From Psammoneis japonica (Eukaryota), in contig QPGO01000085.1 in NCBI GenBank assembly GCA_008632985.1, forward strand, positions 62,001 to 126,000: DNA of 64,000 nucleotides, given 5' to 3'. Positions within the stretch are counted from its first letter, which is position 1, and every line of letters starts with the position of its first letter. Both the position numbers and the translations under genes were made by a program. The notes beneath the pieces are model-generated. The model saw only the letters and a program-made list of their open reading frames with translations. It made no database searches and was not told the DNA's origin. Of this stretch, positions 36,182 through 49,500 are shown piece by piece.

Positions 36182-37862
36182 ATGAGTGGTAAGTCTCTCT
36201 CTCGTACGTTCCGGCTGCTCGTTCTATTCCTCTCCGTTGTTTGCTCATTCGGTCGCTCTTTCGCTCCTTTCGCTCGTTCTGCTTACAGAGAAATCAGACT
36301 TGCACAAAGCTCTCAGCATCTTCAAGATGTTCTACTCGACCGTTCTCCTAGTCTTCTCGCTGGTGATCGTGATGGGCTTGATCTTCACGAGGCAGACGGC
36401 GTGGTCCGAGCAATACCATCCTGCTCTTGCCTTTATTATCCTTTGGGTGATGTTGATTTGGCTCTCGTTCGTCGAGGGCGGACAGGCTTCGTTGGTTGGT
36501 CTTCACCCGATTGACCGTGAGCTCTACAAGGACACCCACCCGATCGCTTACAAGGGCAATGCCATGACCCAAAAGGGAGACAACCTCGATCGCTACCTTA
36601 TGGGCCGTCAGTTCATGGTCATCTTTATCGTTTTCCTCATCAACAAGTGTGGAGCCCCTATCGACGGTGCTGAACTCTGGGGATTGCCCAAGTGGATTGT
36701 CGACATCTTCCTTGTCACCGGGTTCGCCATGATCCTCTTTACGGCACAGGTCGGGCAGTTGCAGTCCCAGGTCAACGCATCGCTCTGTATGCTTGACTAC
36801 TTCAACGACTATGCCAACCTCTTCACGCTCTACACTGCCAGGGCGATTGAGTTCACTGGTCTCATGCACTTCTCCTACTTTATCCAGATTTGTGTTGGAT
36901 ACCTTGCTGGCAAGCCCATCGAGTCCAAGGAGCCTCCGCGCAGCACCGGTCAATCTCTCTTCTTCTGGTTCCGTGTCCTTGTCTCGTTTGTCGTCCTCGG
37001 CTTTGCTTTGGCAGTCACCCTATCTGCTCTTTTCCAAGGACAAACCACCATGTGGGGTAGTGTTCCCGAGGCAGTTGCCGTGATTCTTTTTTTCCTCCTC
37101 ATGTCTGTCGTTGGTATGCTCGAAGGTATGCAGATTGCCTTCTTTGCCGTCGCCAAGCTTACCAAGGACGAGCGTGGAAAAGCCAAGTGTGCCAAGATGA
37201 CTTGCGATCTCCTCTACAAGGGCAGGGGACACAACCTTCCCAATTTCATGATTGGCCGTCAGCTCAGTGTCGTGTCTTGCTTCTTTATCATCTCTCGTGT
37301 CACCACTGTCTCGATGGACGAGGGCAAGGGCAACCTGTGGGGTGTTAGCGATGGACTCCAGGAACTCTTTGAAACTGGTTTCCTTGGTGCCACCATTACT
37401 ACCATTCTCGGATCCATCTCGTGGCAGCTTGTCGCGTCTGCCTTTCCCATTGCCTTTTTGTCAAACCCCATCACCTACCTGTTCCTCCGCATTTGTCTAT
37501 TTTTGGAGGCTACCGGTATTTGCTCTGGAGCTTGGTTCCTTGCCAAGATTGACAAGAAGGTCCGTGGCTTCAAGCGCGACGAAGTTTACATTGGCACTGC
37601 CGAGGAACGTGCCGCGCGCAAGGGCGGAAAGGAAGACGAAGAGGAAAGTGTCGAGGCTGGCCATTTGTACCCTGCTGTTCCACTCTTGCCCAAGGACGTG
37701 GAATACAATGACCTTTCTCTCGAACAAATTGAAGAGCTCGAGAGCGAGATTGATGAACACATGAAGGAACTTCAGGAGCGCAAGGCAGGTTTGACACTGC
37801 AGAAGCAAAAGCTGATGGATCCTCAGGGTTCAGAGGACACTTCTGAAGTTGGAGAACCCTAG
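36182..37862 (+). CDS. SIT: Diatom silicon (silicic acid) transporter; intron 36189..36288
   Basis: Four GXQ motifs (EGGQ, MGRQ, EGMQ, IGRQ), CMLD motif, about 10 TM helices and a C-terminal coiled coil. ATG at 36182 splices (GTAAGT..TTACAG) in frame to give MSEKSDLHKALS. Confidence 0.96.
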
Positions 37863-39692
37863 GCGCTATCATGCGCCCTTTTGATGTTGGTAGTATTTGC
37901 CTTTGTTCCTAACACAATGGCTCAAAATTAGCGTAATCCACCGGATATAATTACTTTGTTCATAACACAATGGCACAAACTGGTTATAATATTTAGACCA
38001 CTCAATCACCTCCGCCTCCAGTTATTCTTATACGGTACGTATCAATCTACGTATCGATTGAACACGAAGGCGCCGACGTGCAACATCGTCGTGCGTCAAG
38101 ATCAGTATAAAAACAACAACAACATGCATGGACTTGCTCTTGAACCGGTACTAACTAGTAGAGGCAACTCCGTGCTGCTGCACCTGATGCTCCGCACCTG
38201 ACGAAAATAGTGAGGACACTAGAGTAAAGAGGATAAGCGAGAGAACACCACACCTACTGGATATTCGAGTCCTTCACTAGATCAAAATACTGAGGACTCT
38301 CGAGCGGACCACGACTAGCTAGAGAAACTGGTAATGCCCGATAGCGCTACTGGAGGTATTTTACTCCTTGTAGGATAGGGCCCTACAGCTAGCACCGGAA
38401 GTTGAATAGAAGTACATATGGCCCTACCGGTACCGGTACCGGTATTGTGTCGTAGCCAGACGACCGATTGCAAGCAGACAAACGAATCTTGCGCGAATCT
38501 TTTTTGTGCGCGCCGCGGTTTTTGCTCCCACGCACGCACCGACCACCGACCGGCCATGGACATGGAGCGCCTGATTCATTCCACTCATCATGGCGATGCA
38601 GCAACGCAAAGTCAAACAGCGCAATGCTGATGCTCTCTCCTCCAATCCAAGACCAACATCGGTTCGTGAAGGATCGCGTCAATACCAAAATGTTGTCAAT
38701 TCGAGATTGAATGTACACTTTGCACTCTTGGTAATTTTGTTTCTCGTTGCCGCACTCGTTTTGTGGTACTTTATGCTGAGCTTGCAACAAGTGAGTATCG
38801 ATAGAAGGTTTTACCATTATCGAATTGCATTCTCACTCTGCTATTGTTTTTTTTCTACCTATACCCTTGCAGAAAAAAATGTACCAACACTTGGAAAACA
38901 AACAAGCTGCAGACGAATTGATGGAGGAACAAGAGGGTGCCCGCTAGAGCAGAGTCTTTTCTATTCCTTGTGTAGTATTCTCCCCATATCGCGGTTCGTT
39001 TTGGAAACAACAAGATGAGACACATGGTTGCTCTTGACAGTTGAAAATGTAAATGCTGTTGGCCAAGAGGTACACTCTATGTGCTTGCATTCGTTCCAGG
39101 GCTTGCAGACACTAGCGTAGCACTAAAATAGTTGGTTATTGCTCTCGTCAAGTTACCACATGTCACCTTGCAATATTTTGGGCTTTGCCTGTTTTCATTG
39201 GGGCTCTTGTGTTGCAGAACTTTTGATTTCTTAAATCCGGCATGGTTCCGTAGTGCAGGCACCTTTGAACCTTCTGAATGTCTTGTTGGGCCTCCTCGTT
39301 CACGATACAAGCTGTCACACGAGTTACAAAATAAAACTTGTGCATGCGCTGCTTGAAACTTGCCGTCTTTGTATGCTGTATCGTAGTGTGTGGCGACGGA
39401 GGTGACACATAGCGTGATGTTAACTACCAGTTTCATTTCTTTTATGGTACTGTAGCGCCTTGTTGTTGGCAACAAGCCCGCAAAAACGTCGTGCTATCCG
39501 TGTCATCAAGTGTGGTTTTCACTTTTCTCGGGCCAGTCTAGTCGGCGTAACGAAAAACTGTGATGTTATACATTGTTAACAAAAAGGAAGGATACTGTTG
39601 ATGCAAGGCAAATGGATAGCAAAATGGGGGTATAAAAAGAAACGACAATTTGGCAAGAAAATGGTAGAGGACCACACAATAGCACAGCTTGC

Positions 39693-40648
39693 TCACTTTG
39701 CAAGCTCCTTCTCGGGCGGCAGTGCCACATCTCGATGCTGAACAAGACTCAGGTAGCAATTCCAAAACACGGAAAAGCCCATGAGTGCCAAGGGTTGGCA
39801 GTGGCGTGGCAAAACCGAAAAACACAGCGCGTTGAATGGGATCCAAACCTTGGCCGATGTCACTACAGTGTTGTGGAGTTCGGCATCCAGTTTAAGTTGC
39901 GCTGTGGACCACATGAGTTCCCAATCAAAGGGTGGTAGTGACGACAGGGATAGTGTCGTGTTGCTGTAGTCGTCGTTGCTCCTATTGAGCGCTTCGTTTT
40001 CATCGTACATGTCTTCCACCTTATCCAACCACTCGGTGGTGTGGTGAACAAAACTCCCATAGGTAAAAAACACAGCATTGGTTGGGATCGAAAAACCAAC
40101 ATTGCAAGCCACTTGAAAGGCAACGACGGCAGGAGTCTTGATGGGTAAGTATCGATCGTAAAGTCGATACAAGGCCATGAATGCAGGTGAGTACATGCCT
40201 GCACCCCACACAGCCATGGTAAACGTTCGAAACCCGTCCCAAGAGTCAATGTCATCTCGAGTGACTTGTGAAAGCGCTTCCAACAGTCGTCTCCAATCAC
40301 GCGAGTCGTTCTCATCCTTGTATCGCAATTGGGATCCCAGCGGTTGCTCGTCGTCGTCGTCATTGTTTTATCATTTTGGTGTTGTTGTTGTTGTTGCTGT
40401 TCCTTGTGTACGACGTGTTGATTTTGATGATGCAAAAACTTATTGTACTGTCTCATGTGCAGCAGACGTCCTTCTGGAACACCCTCTAGCTCCGAACTAC
40501 TTCCCGTAACGGCATCTCCCAGCTTGTATCGCTCCAACTCTTGAGCCATTACGTCTCCAACAGACATTATGACGAGAGCCGACGCCAAGTTTGTCGCGGT
40601 GGGATGTGACTTGAGCTTGCTCAGATACCATGACAGAAACAAACCCAT
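39693..40648 (-). CDS. Mpv17/PMP22 family membrane protein (frameshift near 40335)
   Basis: WYLSKLKSHP.ATN..S..I.SVGDVMAQ N-terminus and WDGFRT, KVWIPFNALCF..LP, FWNCYLS C-terminal motifs. Confidence 0.85.
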
Positions 40649-41194
40649 ATTTTTTCTAATCGACTGTGAGCTCGAAAACGGTAGAACGATTAACTCTCTG
40701 TAGCAAAGTTAGGATCTCCTGCAAGTCAGTAATCAGCAATAGTTGTTGTTGCTGTCGCTATTTTTTATTCAGTGTTGCTTTGTCGCGTTAGCGTTTGCAT
40801 TCAAACGAAAAATGTGGCGAACCTTCCGTTTGAAGGTGGTGCGATTGGCAGGAGGTTGTGTAGATTCTACGTGGCTTTTGTACCATGATGATTGAAGGTT
40901 GGCGTTTCTCGAAGATTCGTTTTGGGCGCACGTCAGCGCGATTATCATACAATGTCAAACTTTTCATGACGTGTGATATTTTGATTGGCCCATTCTAAAA
41001 ATAGCATTCCATATAGGCAAAGATGTATAATACGAATGTCCCTCATTTTTCTTCCTCCGATCTCTTGCTTGCCGATCTAGCTCCTTGTGCCCTACCGTAT
41101 GCCCTACTCTCTAGTATCTCGATTCGAACCTCAATACCGGTACCTTCGTCCACCATGGCCCAACAACAACGATCTTGAGAGTTGTTTGCTAGTC

Positions 41195-42134
41195 ATGAAA
41201 TTGTCGTCGCAATGCATCTTTTGACTTTTGTTATCGTGACGCTCATTGTTCTCACGAGACAGAGTAATGCTTTGAGCACCGCGTCCGGTTTGCTGACCGT
41301 CAAGACTTGGGCCAAAAATGTGGCGGTGGGATACCAACAGCGTGTCGAGGCCGATCCACAATTTCCAACCAAATCGGCGACCGAACTCATCCTGGCGGTA
41401 TCGACGCAATTTGCGGCTGAAGTCAATCGTCGAGGTGTATCGCGCATGCTTCCAGAGCTGGATTTTGTAATTCCCGGCATTCTAACAGCCATGGTGAGTA
41501 TGGTACATGACGAAAACAACACGCAATTGGTGAGTCAAACTTTGGCGCGACAAAAAGACATATTCTAATTCTGGATGCATTTCCTACTCTATTTCGATTA
41601 TAGGCTGGCAAGTATTATAGCATGTGGCGCGTAGCTCCGACAAAATCAAACGACAACAACGTGAATGCCAAAGACATGACTCTGGGCGGAATGGCTGTTC
41701 CGACCAATGCGTTTCAACCAACTCTTCTAGATGGAACCACACGTCCGACACTGGTTCAAAGACTTGGATCCTTTGTGGTTCCCGTGCCCAGTCTGTTTCA
41801 GGCTGGATTTCTAGCGAGTACGGCTGGGTACGGATCAACCGCCGTCATGATTGCTGTGCGCACTCTCGTCATGCCGTCCTATGAGGCTGCCACTCGGAAT
41901 GTGAATGTGTTGTATGCGAGCATCTACACGGGTTTCTTCGTTGCCATTGTGAGCAATATCCGTTATCAGTTGTTACAAGGCATCATTGAACCAAAAATCA
42001 TTGACAAAATCAAAGACCGCAGTCCGGCGCTATATTCCGTCCTCTTGTTTGCGGTGCGGACAGCCAACGGGCTGTTGGGAGCCAACCTTGCAATCATGGG
42101 CATGAGATGGTTGGGCCTTCAACAAGTAAAATAA
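41195..42134 (+). CDS. RETICULATA-related (DUF3411) plastid membrane protein; intron 41494..41603; start approximate
   Basis: RVEADPQFPTK..E, AEVNRRG..ELDFV, VPTNAFQ and SNIRYQLLQG motifs, with an in-frame splice to AGKYYSMWRVAPT. Confidence 0.8.
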
Positions 42135-42141
42135 TGAGTCA

Positions 42142-43315
42142 TTAGCTGGAAGATTCAGGAAAGGTCAATCCCAATTCCTGAGCAATTTGTAGCCCTTCTT
42201 CCACCGTTATATCACAATGTCGCACACCGTGAAGGAGCGACCACGCCTGCTTTCGGTCTTTACTCCAACCAACTCCAGTTCCGATTCGTTGATCCTGTTT
42301 ATATATGCACATATCAAGGATACCATTCGGCCATATGTAAGACCCAGGTCCATCACGGGTACCATATTTGTATTCTCCGATAAAAACGCCGTCCATTACA
42401 TCCTTGAGCGTCGCTTGCCCGTGTCTTCTATGGTCTCTCCATTCGCCCTCGTACTCATTCCCGTCTACATCCATGCATTTTCCGAAACCATGTCGCTTTC
42501 CCATTAGCCATTCGCCCTCATAGACATCACCATTGGCACAATACATGATTCCGTGTCCTTGGAACTTGCCTTCGTGGAACTGACCCTTGTACACATTTTG
42601 AGAAGCATCAATATACTCTCCCTCTCCGTGCATTTTATCTCGATACCAATCACCCTTGTACTTGGATCCATGGGCGTCAGTATAAATACCTTTTCCATGA
42701 AATACATCTTTTTCCCATGCTCCTTCATATCTAGCGACACACACACACACACAACACGCGCGTCATTCAGATGTACAAGTAGAAAGTAGTCTTCACAAGA
42801 CGGGAAAACGAAAAAATGGTCCTTACTTGTCACCATTGGCATAGGTGTATATGCCATGACCATCAAAATTGCCATTCTTAAAGCACCCTTTGTACTCGTC
42901 CCTGTGGCATCGAAACGAAAAAAAAAAGCTGAATAAGAATGCTCATACCTCTTGGCAGCTAGCTGCACTGTCTCGAAAAAGGTACACTAGTTGTATGAAC
43001 GAAAGCCTTACCCATCAGAATACATTATTCTCCCATGTCCTTGCATGTTATCATTTTTCCATTCTCCTTCGTAGATATCCCTAGGAAAGATGAAAGATAT
43101 CTGTGAGTCTGAACGAATCAAAAGGCAATGATACGAAGAATCAAGCGTGCGTACCCATCGTTGTAACTCATGGTTCCATAACCTTCGCGATCTCCCACGG
43201 AATTAATACCACCACTGAATGTTCCATCAGAGAATGTCTTTTGTGTCTGACGAAGATTACGATTAATTTCTATAGGTGATCGAACTGGTTCATCGTCGGT
43301 GCTGCCGTCCATCAT
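42142..43315 (-). CDS. MORN-repeat protein, multi-exon
   Basis: Repeated YEGEW...HGxGxxxxxDGxxY units in ORF 42142..42750 and in upstream exons (GDREGYGTMSYNDG). GT-AG introns lie near 42735-42825 and 42905-43150. Confidence 0.85.
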
Positions 43316-43583
43316 TGTCGCTGTGTTTTTGGGATTTCCTTTTGCTACATGCGTTGGAAGCGTCGAACGACACAGGCTTCTGTGCTTTTGAGACCATCTG
43401 CCTGTCCGCCCGCCCGCCCGCCCAAAAAAATCCGTCTGTCCATTGCATTGCTTCATGTCTCCACGCTGTGTCTGCAATTAGCATGGAGCTTCACGCAACA
43501 AGTGCGTCATCACCACACATCTCAAGTCTGATCCTCGGCACCTCATTGTCACACATGAATGTTTGCAGCACAACTCACACCTT

Positions 43584-46500
43584 GGTCTGCCAGCTGCAGC
43601 TCATTTTTCCATGTGTTGTTGCGTTTTTTGCCACCCCTTTGATTTGTTGTCTGCTTCACCTTTTGGGCACCAGGCAGCTGTGCTTTGTCAGGATGAGAAG
43701 AGCGACAAAGGACTGCTTCCTGCCAGGCTTGGAGGCATGTTGACTTCTTGCTGCGCTTGGATGCATGTTGGCGGATGTGGCGCCACATCCATGTTGCTTT
43801 TGCTTTGCACACCAGGCGCCTGTGCTCTCATTGCAGAAAGATGCAGAGGTGTTTGCAGCATTTTTCTGTGTCTTCTCTTCTTGCAACCCTCACAGACTTG
43901 AAAGAGCTTTTGTCAATGATGACCATTCTCCCAGTCTTGTTTGCCATCAGTCTCAGCACTCAGCCTCCATGTTGAGAGAAGGGGGTGGTGCAAAAGCAGC
44001 AAAGGTGGTTTTTTGCAGCATCGCATCTGTTGGCACACTTGCCATGTGGAAAGAGATAACCCACAGGCTTGGCAATCTTGTGCTCTGGTGACCACATGGT
44101 GACAAGCACAGAGCTGGCAATGGCTGGGAGCTTGTGGCACATTCAAGGGCAACATCAGGGAGGCAGGAGGGAGAGGTGTGCTCTTTTGCATTGTCGCGCC
44201 ATTGCTGGCTGTTTGCGCAGCTCCAGGTGGGCACGCAGGTTGCATGTGGAACATGCAAAAATCACATGGAGAAGCAGTTGGTTGCCAGAATTAAGCTGTG
44301 CAATGACCTGCAGGAGCAGCCATGGCCCAACAAATGCAGCAAGTTTGAGAGGTTGTTTGGTCATGAGATTTTTCACCAAAGTGCATTTTTTGACTTGTTT
44401 GTTTTTGTGGTGCTCATTGTTCTCTCAAGATGGAGCAGAAAAATGGAGCCCAACTTCCACATTTCATGCATCAAGCTTTTGGCTAGAAATGCCAGAGCAA
44501 TGCCCCAAACATGTGACAGTGAGACAGCCACACATTTGGGAGCAATGTGTCCAACCCACCAGCTGTGTGTGAATGTCTTGCCCACCCATCACAACCCACC
44601 CCACACATTTGGCACCTCTTGCCATCCCTGGACACACCTGTCATTTTCTGTGTCATGGCATCAAGCTTTTTGACACATTCGACAAATTCCTGGCTGAAAC
44701 TTGCTGGGTTAGATGAGTTTGTTCCTTTGCACCTCACTTGGCAATTGCTCTTTTAGAATTTCACCAAAGAGTTTGATGTCATGCCCCTCAAGCTTTTTCA
44801 GATTAAATGTTGCAACTGCTTGGGCAAGGCAGCAATGCACATTGCTTCAAGCTCATCTCTGATTGCCTCCAATGCAGCAAGCAAGCAGTTTTGCAGTGTG
44901 AGCCTGCCTTCTTGCAGCCTCAACAAACTGAGGCAAACTTGTGAGAAATGCAGTGTTGGAGTTTTGCTTTTGTTTTGACAACTCACAGTTTGCAAAACAC
45001 TGCACCAAGCCATTTCCAGTTTTTCACATGTGGGGGGCAGATTGCTTGTGGTGACATTGCCCATCATCACACCCACACCTTCAAATTGCCAAACTCATGT
45101 TGGATGGGGGGGGGGGGGGCAACAGCAGAAGATGCCAAGCAGCAGAATGCTGCCTCTTGAAAAGCTTGTGCAACATTTGGCTCACATCAAGTTGAGCAAA
45201 GGTGGCATCTGGTTGCACCTGTGTTGTTCATCTGAGCAATTGCAGCAAGACCAGCCAACTCCAAGGAAGTGTGAGCTGTGCCTGCAATGTGCAAGACTTG
45301 AGAGCCCCTGGAATGGAAATGACAGTGGGGCCACAAAGAGCAAGAGAGCAGACTTCTGAAGTTGTTGCAGTGCCAGAAGGATCTGAAGCTGCAAATGCCA
45401 TTGTGGTGCATGCTGGACTGCAACATTGGTGCAAGAGATGGACCAGCTGCAACACTGGTGCAAGAGATGGACCGCCAAGCCTTTTTCTGGTTGGAGCACA
45501 TGTGCTGGCATCAGCTGGCGCTGCTTGAATTTTGTCATTTTTTGGAGTTGAGTTGTAGCAAGCTGCAACACATCATTTGGGGCTGAGCAACACAGTGATG
45601 AGCCCAGTGGTCACATTTGGCTCAGCTCAAAAGACAAGAAACCTTCAAGATGCCTCAGCAAAGACATGGCATTCTGGGGCAGACAGGCTTTTTGGGCTTT
45701 TTGTTTTTCTTCTAGCAAGCTGGCTCTGCTCAAGGTGTTTGTTCATTTTCTTGCTTGCTTGCATTGCAGCTGACACAACTGATGTTGTCTCCATCATGGA
45801 ACAAAACATGCATGGTGCTGCAGAGTGGTGCCTCTCTGTTGGCATGGGCAGGGTGTGGACAGACCAGGGTGCATCAGCCTGCTCTCTGTGTGGCTCTTGT
45901 TTGAGTGCTGGCTCAAAGGCATTTGTTCATTTTCTCACTTGCTTGCATTGCAGCTAACAGCACAACTGATGCCATCTCCAACATGGAACAAAATGTGCAT
46001 GAATGCTGCAGAGCAGTGCCTCTCTGTTGGCAACAAGGGTTGTGTGTGGACAGACCAGGGTGCATCAGCCTGCTTTCTGTGTGGTTCCTGTTGAGTGCCA
46101 GCTCATCATCTTGTGAAAACTGAGAATGACAAGTCTGTTTCAGGGCTGCTCTTGTCAAGTGTGGTTTGCTGCATCACCACAATTTCCTTTCACATTCATG
46201 TTTCCAAGGAAACCCAAAAAATTGTGCCATGTGCTCGCCTTCCAACCCAAGTGCAGGGTGCACTTTCTGGCTGTGCTGACCAACAAGAAATTTCATTTTT
46301 GAAATCTTAAATGGCAACATGATGAGAACAGCAGTCAAGAGGCAGTTGTTTGAAAAAAAGTCTCCCACGTGCTGTGAAATGGTGATTGTGGCACAAGAAT
46401 GGTGCGAGGGGGGTGCTGGGCATGGAGGGCAATTCCAGGCCATGTGGCAATGTGGTGAGCCACTGCACTCAACAAGAGTGACCCTCAACAGAGCTGCAGT

Positions 46501-49500
46501 TTCCTGAGCATGGCACACATCATGTCCATTGTCTGGAGATCAAGAAGAGCAACTTTGGTGTTGCTCAAGAGGAGGCCTGACATGAGAAGATCTTGAGGCC
46601 TCCTGCAGATCTCAAAAAAAGCCCATGGTTCATTGTCAAAACAAAGAAAAAGCCTCAAGACATGAGCCTGGTCAGACAAGGGGTGCAGGAGCAATGGCCC
46701 TGCTTTGAGCTAGAGCAAGAGAAGGAACTTAGTTTCAGCGCAATGTGGAGCAGCACATGCAGACAATTTTTCCATTTTTCTGAAGTTTGTTTGCACCGTG
46801 CATTGACCACACACAATGTTTGAAATTTGTGTCACCTTTTTTCAGTGCAGTGCCCATGTCTGAGGTTGTTGTTTGTTGCCCATGACATCAAACCCTCTGT
46901 GATGCAACAAAACAGCATGGAGAGGCAAACACCTGATGAGGGCATGGAGACTGGGGGTGACTGCTTTGTGAGGACAGAAAAAATGGTTCCATGGTCAGAG
47001 CCACAGCATTTTGTTCACAGTCTGCAGGGTGCTGCTTCTCATTTTGTTCAGTGCAAGTGCAGTGGGCCCAATGCTGTTGGTGACTTCAGCAAAAGGCAGG
47101 TTGGCCGGTTTTGCACCCTCTCTCATCTCAGGCCATTTTGACCTCCCTGCTCCTCCAAAGGCAGTCAGAACACACAAAAATTGCTGTTGAGTTTGTCACA
47201 TCTAAACCAGCGTGTGTGGTCATTGATGCATTTCATGGGCCCAGTTTCAGCACACCTCATGAGCTCACTTTGTGCACCACAACAAGACAGAGAACAACCT
47301 TTGAACACCCCAGGTGTCTGTTTTGGCAAGTGGCACACATTTTGCCATTGCTTTTGCAGCACATGCCACATCTGCCCCATGCTCTGGCTGTTGTGACTGG
47401 CTCCACTTCTGCTGTTGTGAAGTTGAAAGATGTTGTGAAAAAATGACCACACACTGCTGCAGTGACTTGTGCAAAAAGCACACATCTTGCTCCAAGCAGA
47501 GTTTTTTGAGAATGGCCCAGTTCTGCATGAAATTGCTTTTGCACATCTGCTGGCATGAAGGTTTGCATCACTGGGTCCAGTGCACTCTTTGTGTGATCCA
47601 AAACATGTGCTGCCACAAATTTGTCACATTGCAAACTTGCAGTGATGGCCAACTTTTCTTTTGCAACAACTCTGGGAGCTCACGTTGATCTGTCCATCCA
47701 CAAGGACAACAAAACAAGAATTTTTCTCTCAAGATCAGCCACCCTTCTTTCTGCTGGGGGGTTGCACCTCCTCTTTTTCTCAACAAACTGCCCAAAAATG
47801 TGTGCTTTCCAGCACAGAGCAGGATGGCCTTGCTTGTGATGGGGGGTGCACTCATGTTCTTGTGGTGAGCAAATCTTTTTTGATGGAGTGAGAGGCACAA
47901 CCCTTCAGCACAGAGCACACATGCAAGAAAATTGTGCAAAATGCAAGCAGAAATCTGTTGACTTTTCAGCTGCAAGTCTTCTGTTTGAGAAAAAGCCAAT
48001 GTTTTGTTTCTGTCAAAAGGCTGTCAACCCAGAAGGATTTTTTCAATGAAAGAGTGTGCATCTCATGTGCAAAACTGAGTGGTCAAATTTAGACGTGTTC
48101 TGGCCCTGCCAGCAGGTGGTGGGGCTGCACGTGACATCAGGCCAGCAGAGTTCTGCATGCAAGCTCCATGATGAAATTGTCAGGCAATGCACAACACACA
48201 GGGGTGATTGCCAAGAGAAGAAGAGGCAATTTTGTGAGTGAATGGACTCCTCCAGCACACTTGAAGCACATCATTTCCATTTTGCCTGGGTGTGTTCTGC
48301 GGACATTGAAGAACACAGCAAATGTGCTGCAGAAGCAAAAGGCCTTTGGCTGTGCAAAACAGGGAGCCCAAAACAGTTTTGTTTTGAAGATCATGCATGG
48401 AAATGCATGTGCATGACATGTTGCACATGACCAAGAAACTCTTGTGTCACAATGCAGCAGTGCAAGGTCCCACCCAGAGCTGTGGTGCATCTTTTGCAGC
48501 TTTTGCTGCTCTTTTGCACAAGCACCACCCACTGGCAACCCCTGTGTGCATTTCCATGCATGCTCTTGTGCTGATGTTGCCCTTTTCAGATGGCATTTTG
48601 CCAGGTCCTCCGACACCCTTTTGGCCCCTTCCACCGTTGGTGCACCCTCATTTTTCACCATGATGTGCAACAAGTTTTTCAGTGGAAAAAGACTGGCGTC
48701 AACACCTCATGGTTTGCATGCTTGTCGTCTCATTTGGCAATTTTTTGCAGATTCACAGAAAATCTGGCACAAATTCTGTGTGCTTCAGAAATGTCCACCA
48801 AAGATCATGTCATTTCAAAGTCATCACTCCACAAGTGTTCCCACACAAGCACTCTTCTGTGCAAGCACCCACTGGCAACCCCTGTGTGTGTTTCCACGCG
48901 TGCTCTTGTGCTGATGTTGCCCTTTTCAGATGGCATTTTGCTGGGTCCCTCAACAACCTTTTGGCCCCTTCTGCCATTGGTGCACCCTCATTTCACCATG
49001 ATGTGCAACAATTTCCAGTGGAAAAAGACTGGCATTGACGCCACATGGTCCACATGCTTGTTGTCTTGTTTGGCATTTTTTTGCGGATTTGGTGCATTTT
49101 TTCTACACAGAATCTAGTGCAAATTCCACACACTTCAGAAATGACCACCAACGACCATTGCATCTTTGATGTGATCAACTTCCATCTGCGCCTGCAAGCC
49201 CCCAACAATTTCTTTTGCTCCTGCTTGCTGCTCAAGTTCTTCACCTCATGTGGTGAAAAAGCACTCCCTGTTGTGGCACCTGTGAGTGTTTGTTTGGACA
49301 AACCATCAGCGTTGCCTGACGACCATGTCCATCCACTGTGTGGATTGGCATTTCTGTGCAAGACTCAGCATCAACTCCATGTGAGAACCACATTTCTTCT
49401 GACAACCTTCTCGTCACATCACCAAGGCTTCCTGTTTCACACCTGCAAGTCCCGAACACTCCCTTTTCCACTTGCTGGCCCACCAAGACAACTGCTCCAA

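Noticed and set aside
36186..36288. ORF-track N-terminus of SIT (MVSLSLVRSG..)
   Set aside because: This is read-through of a canonical GTAAGT..TTACAG intron. The real start is ATG at 36182.
38150..39600. Possible ncRNA or short ORFs downstream of SIT
   Set aside because: No recognisable tRNA, snRNA or snoRNA boxes and no convincing protein motif.
48380..48440. HMHFH as a Helitron HUH motif on the minus strand
   Set aside because: CAT/CAC/ATG codons are inflated by the mutation bias and no other Rep or helicase motifs were found.
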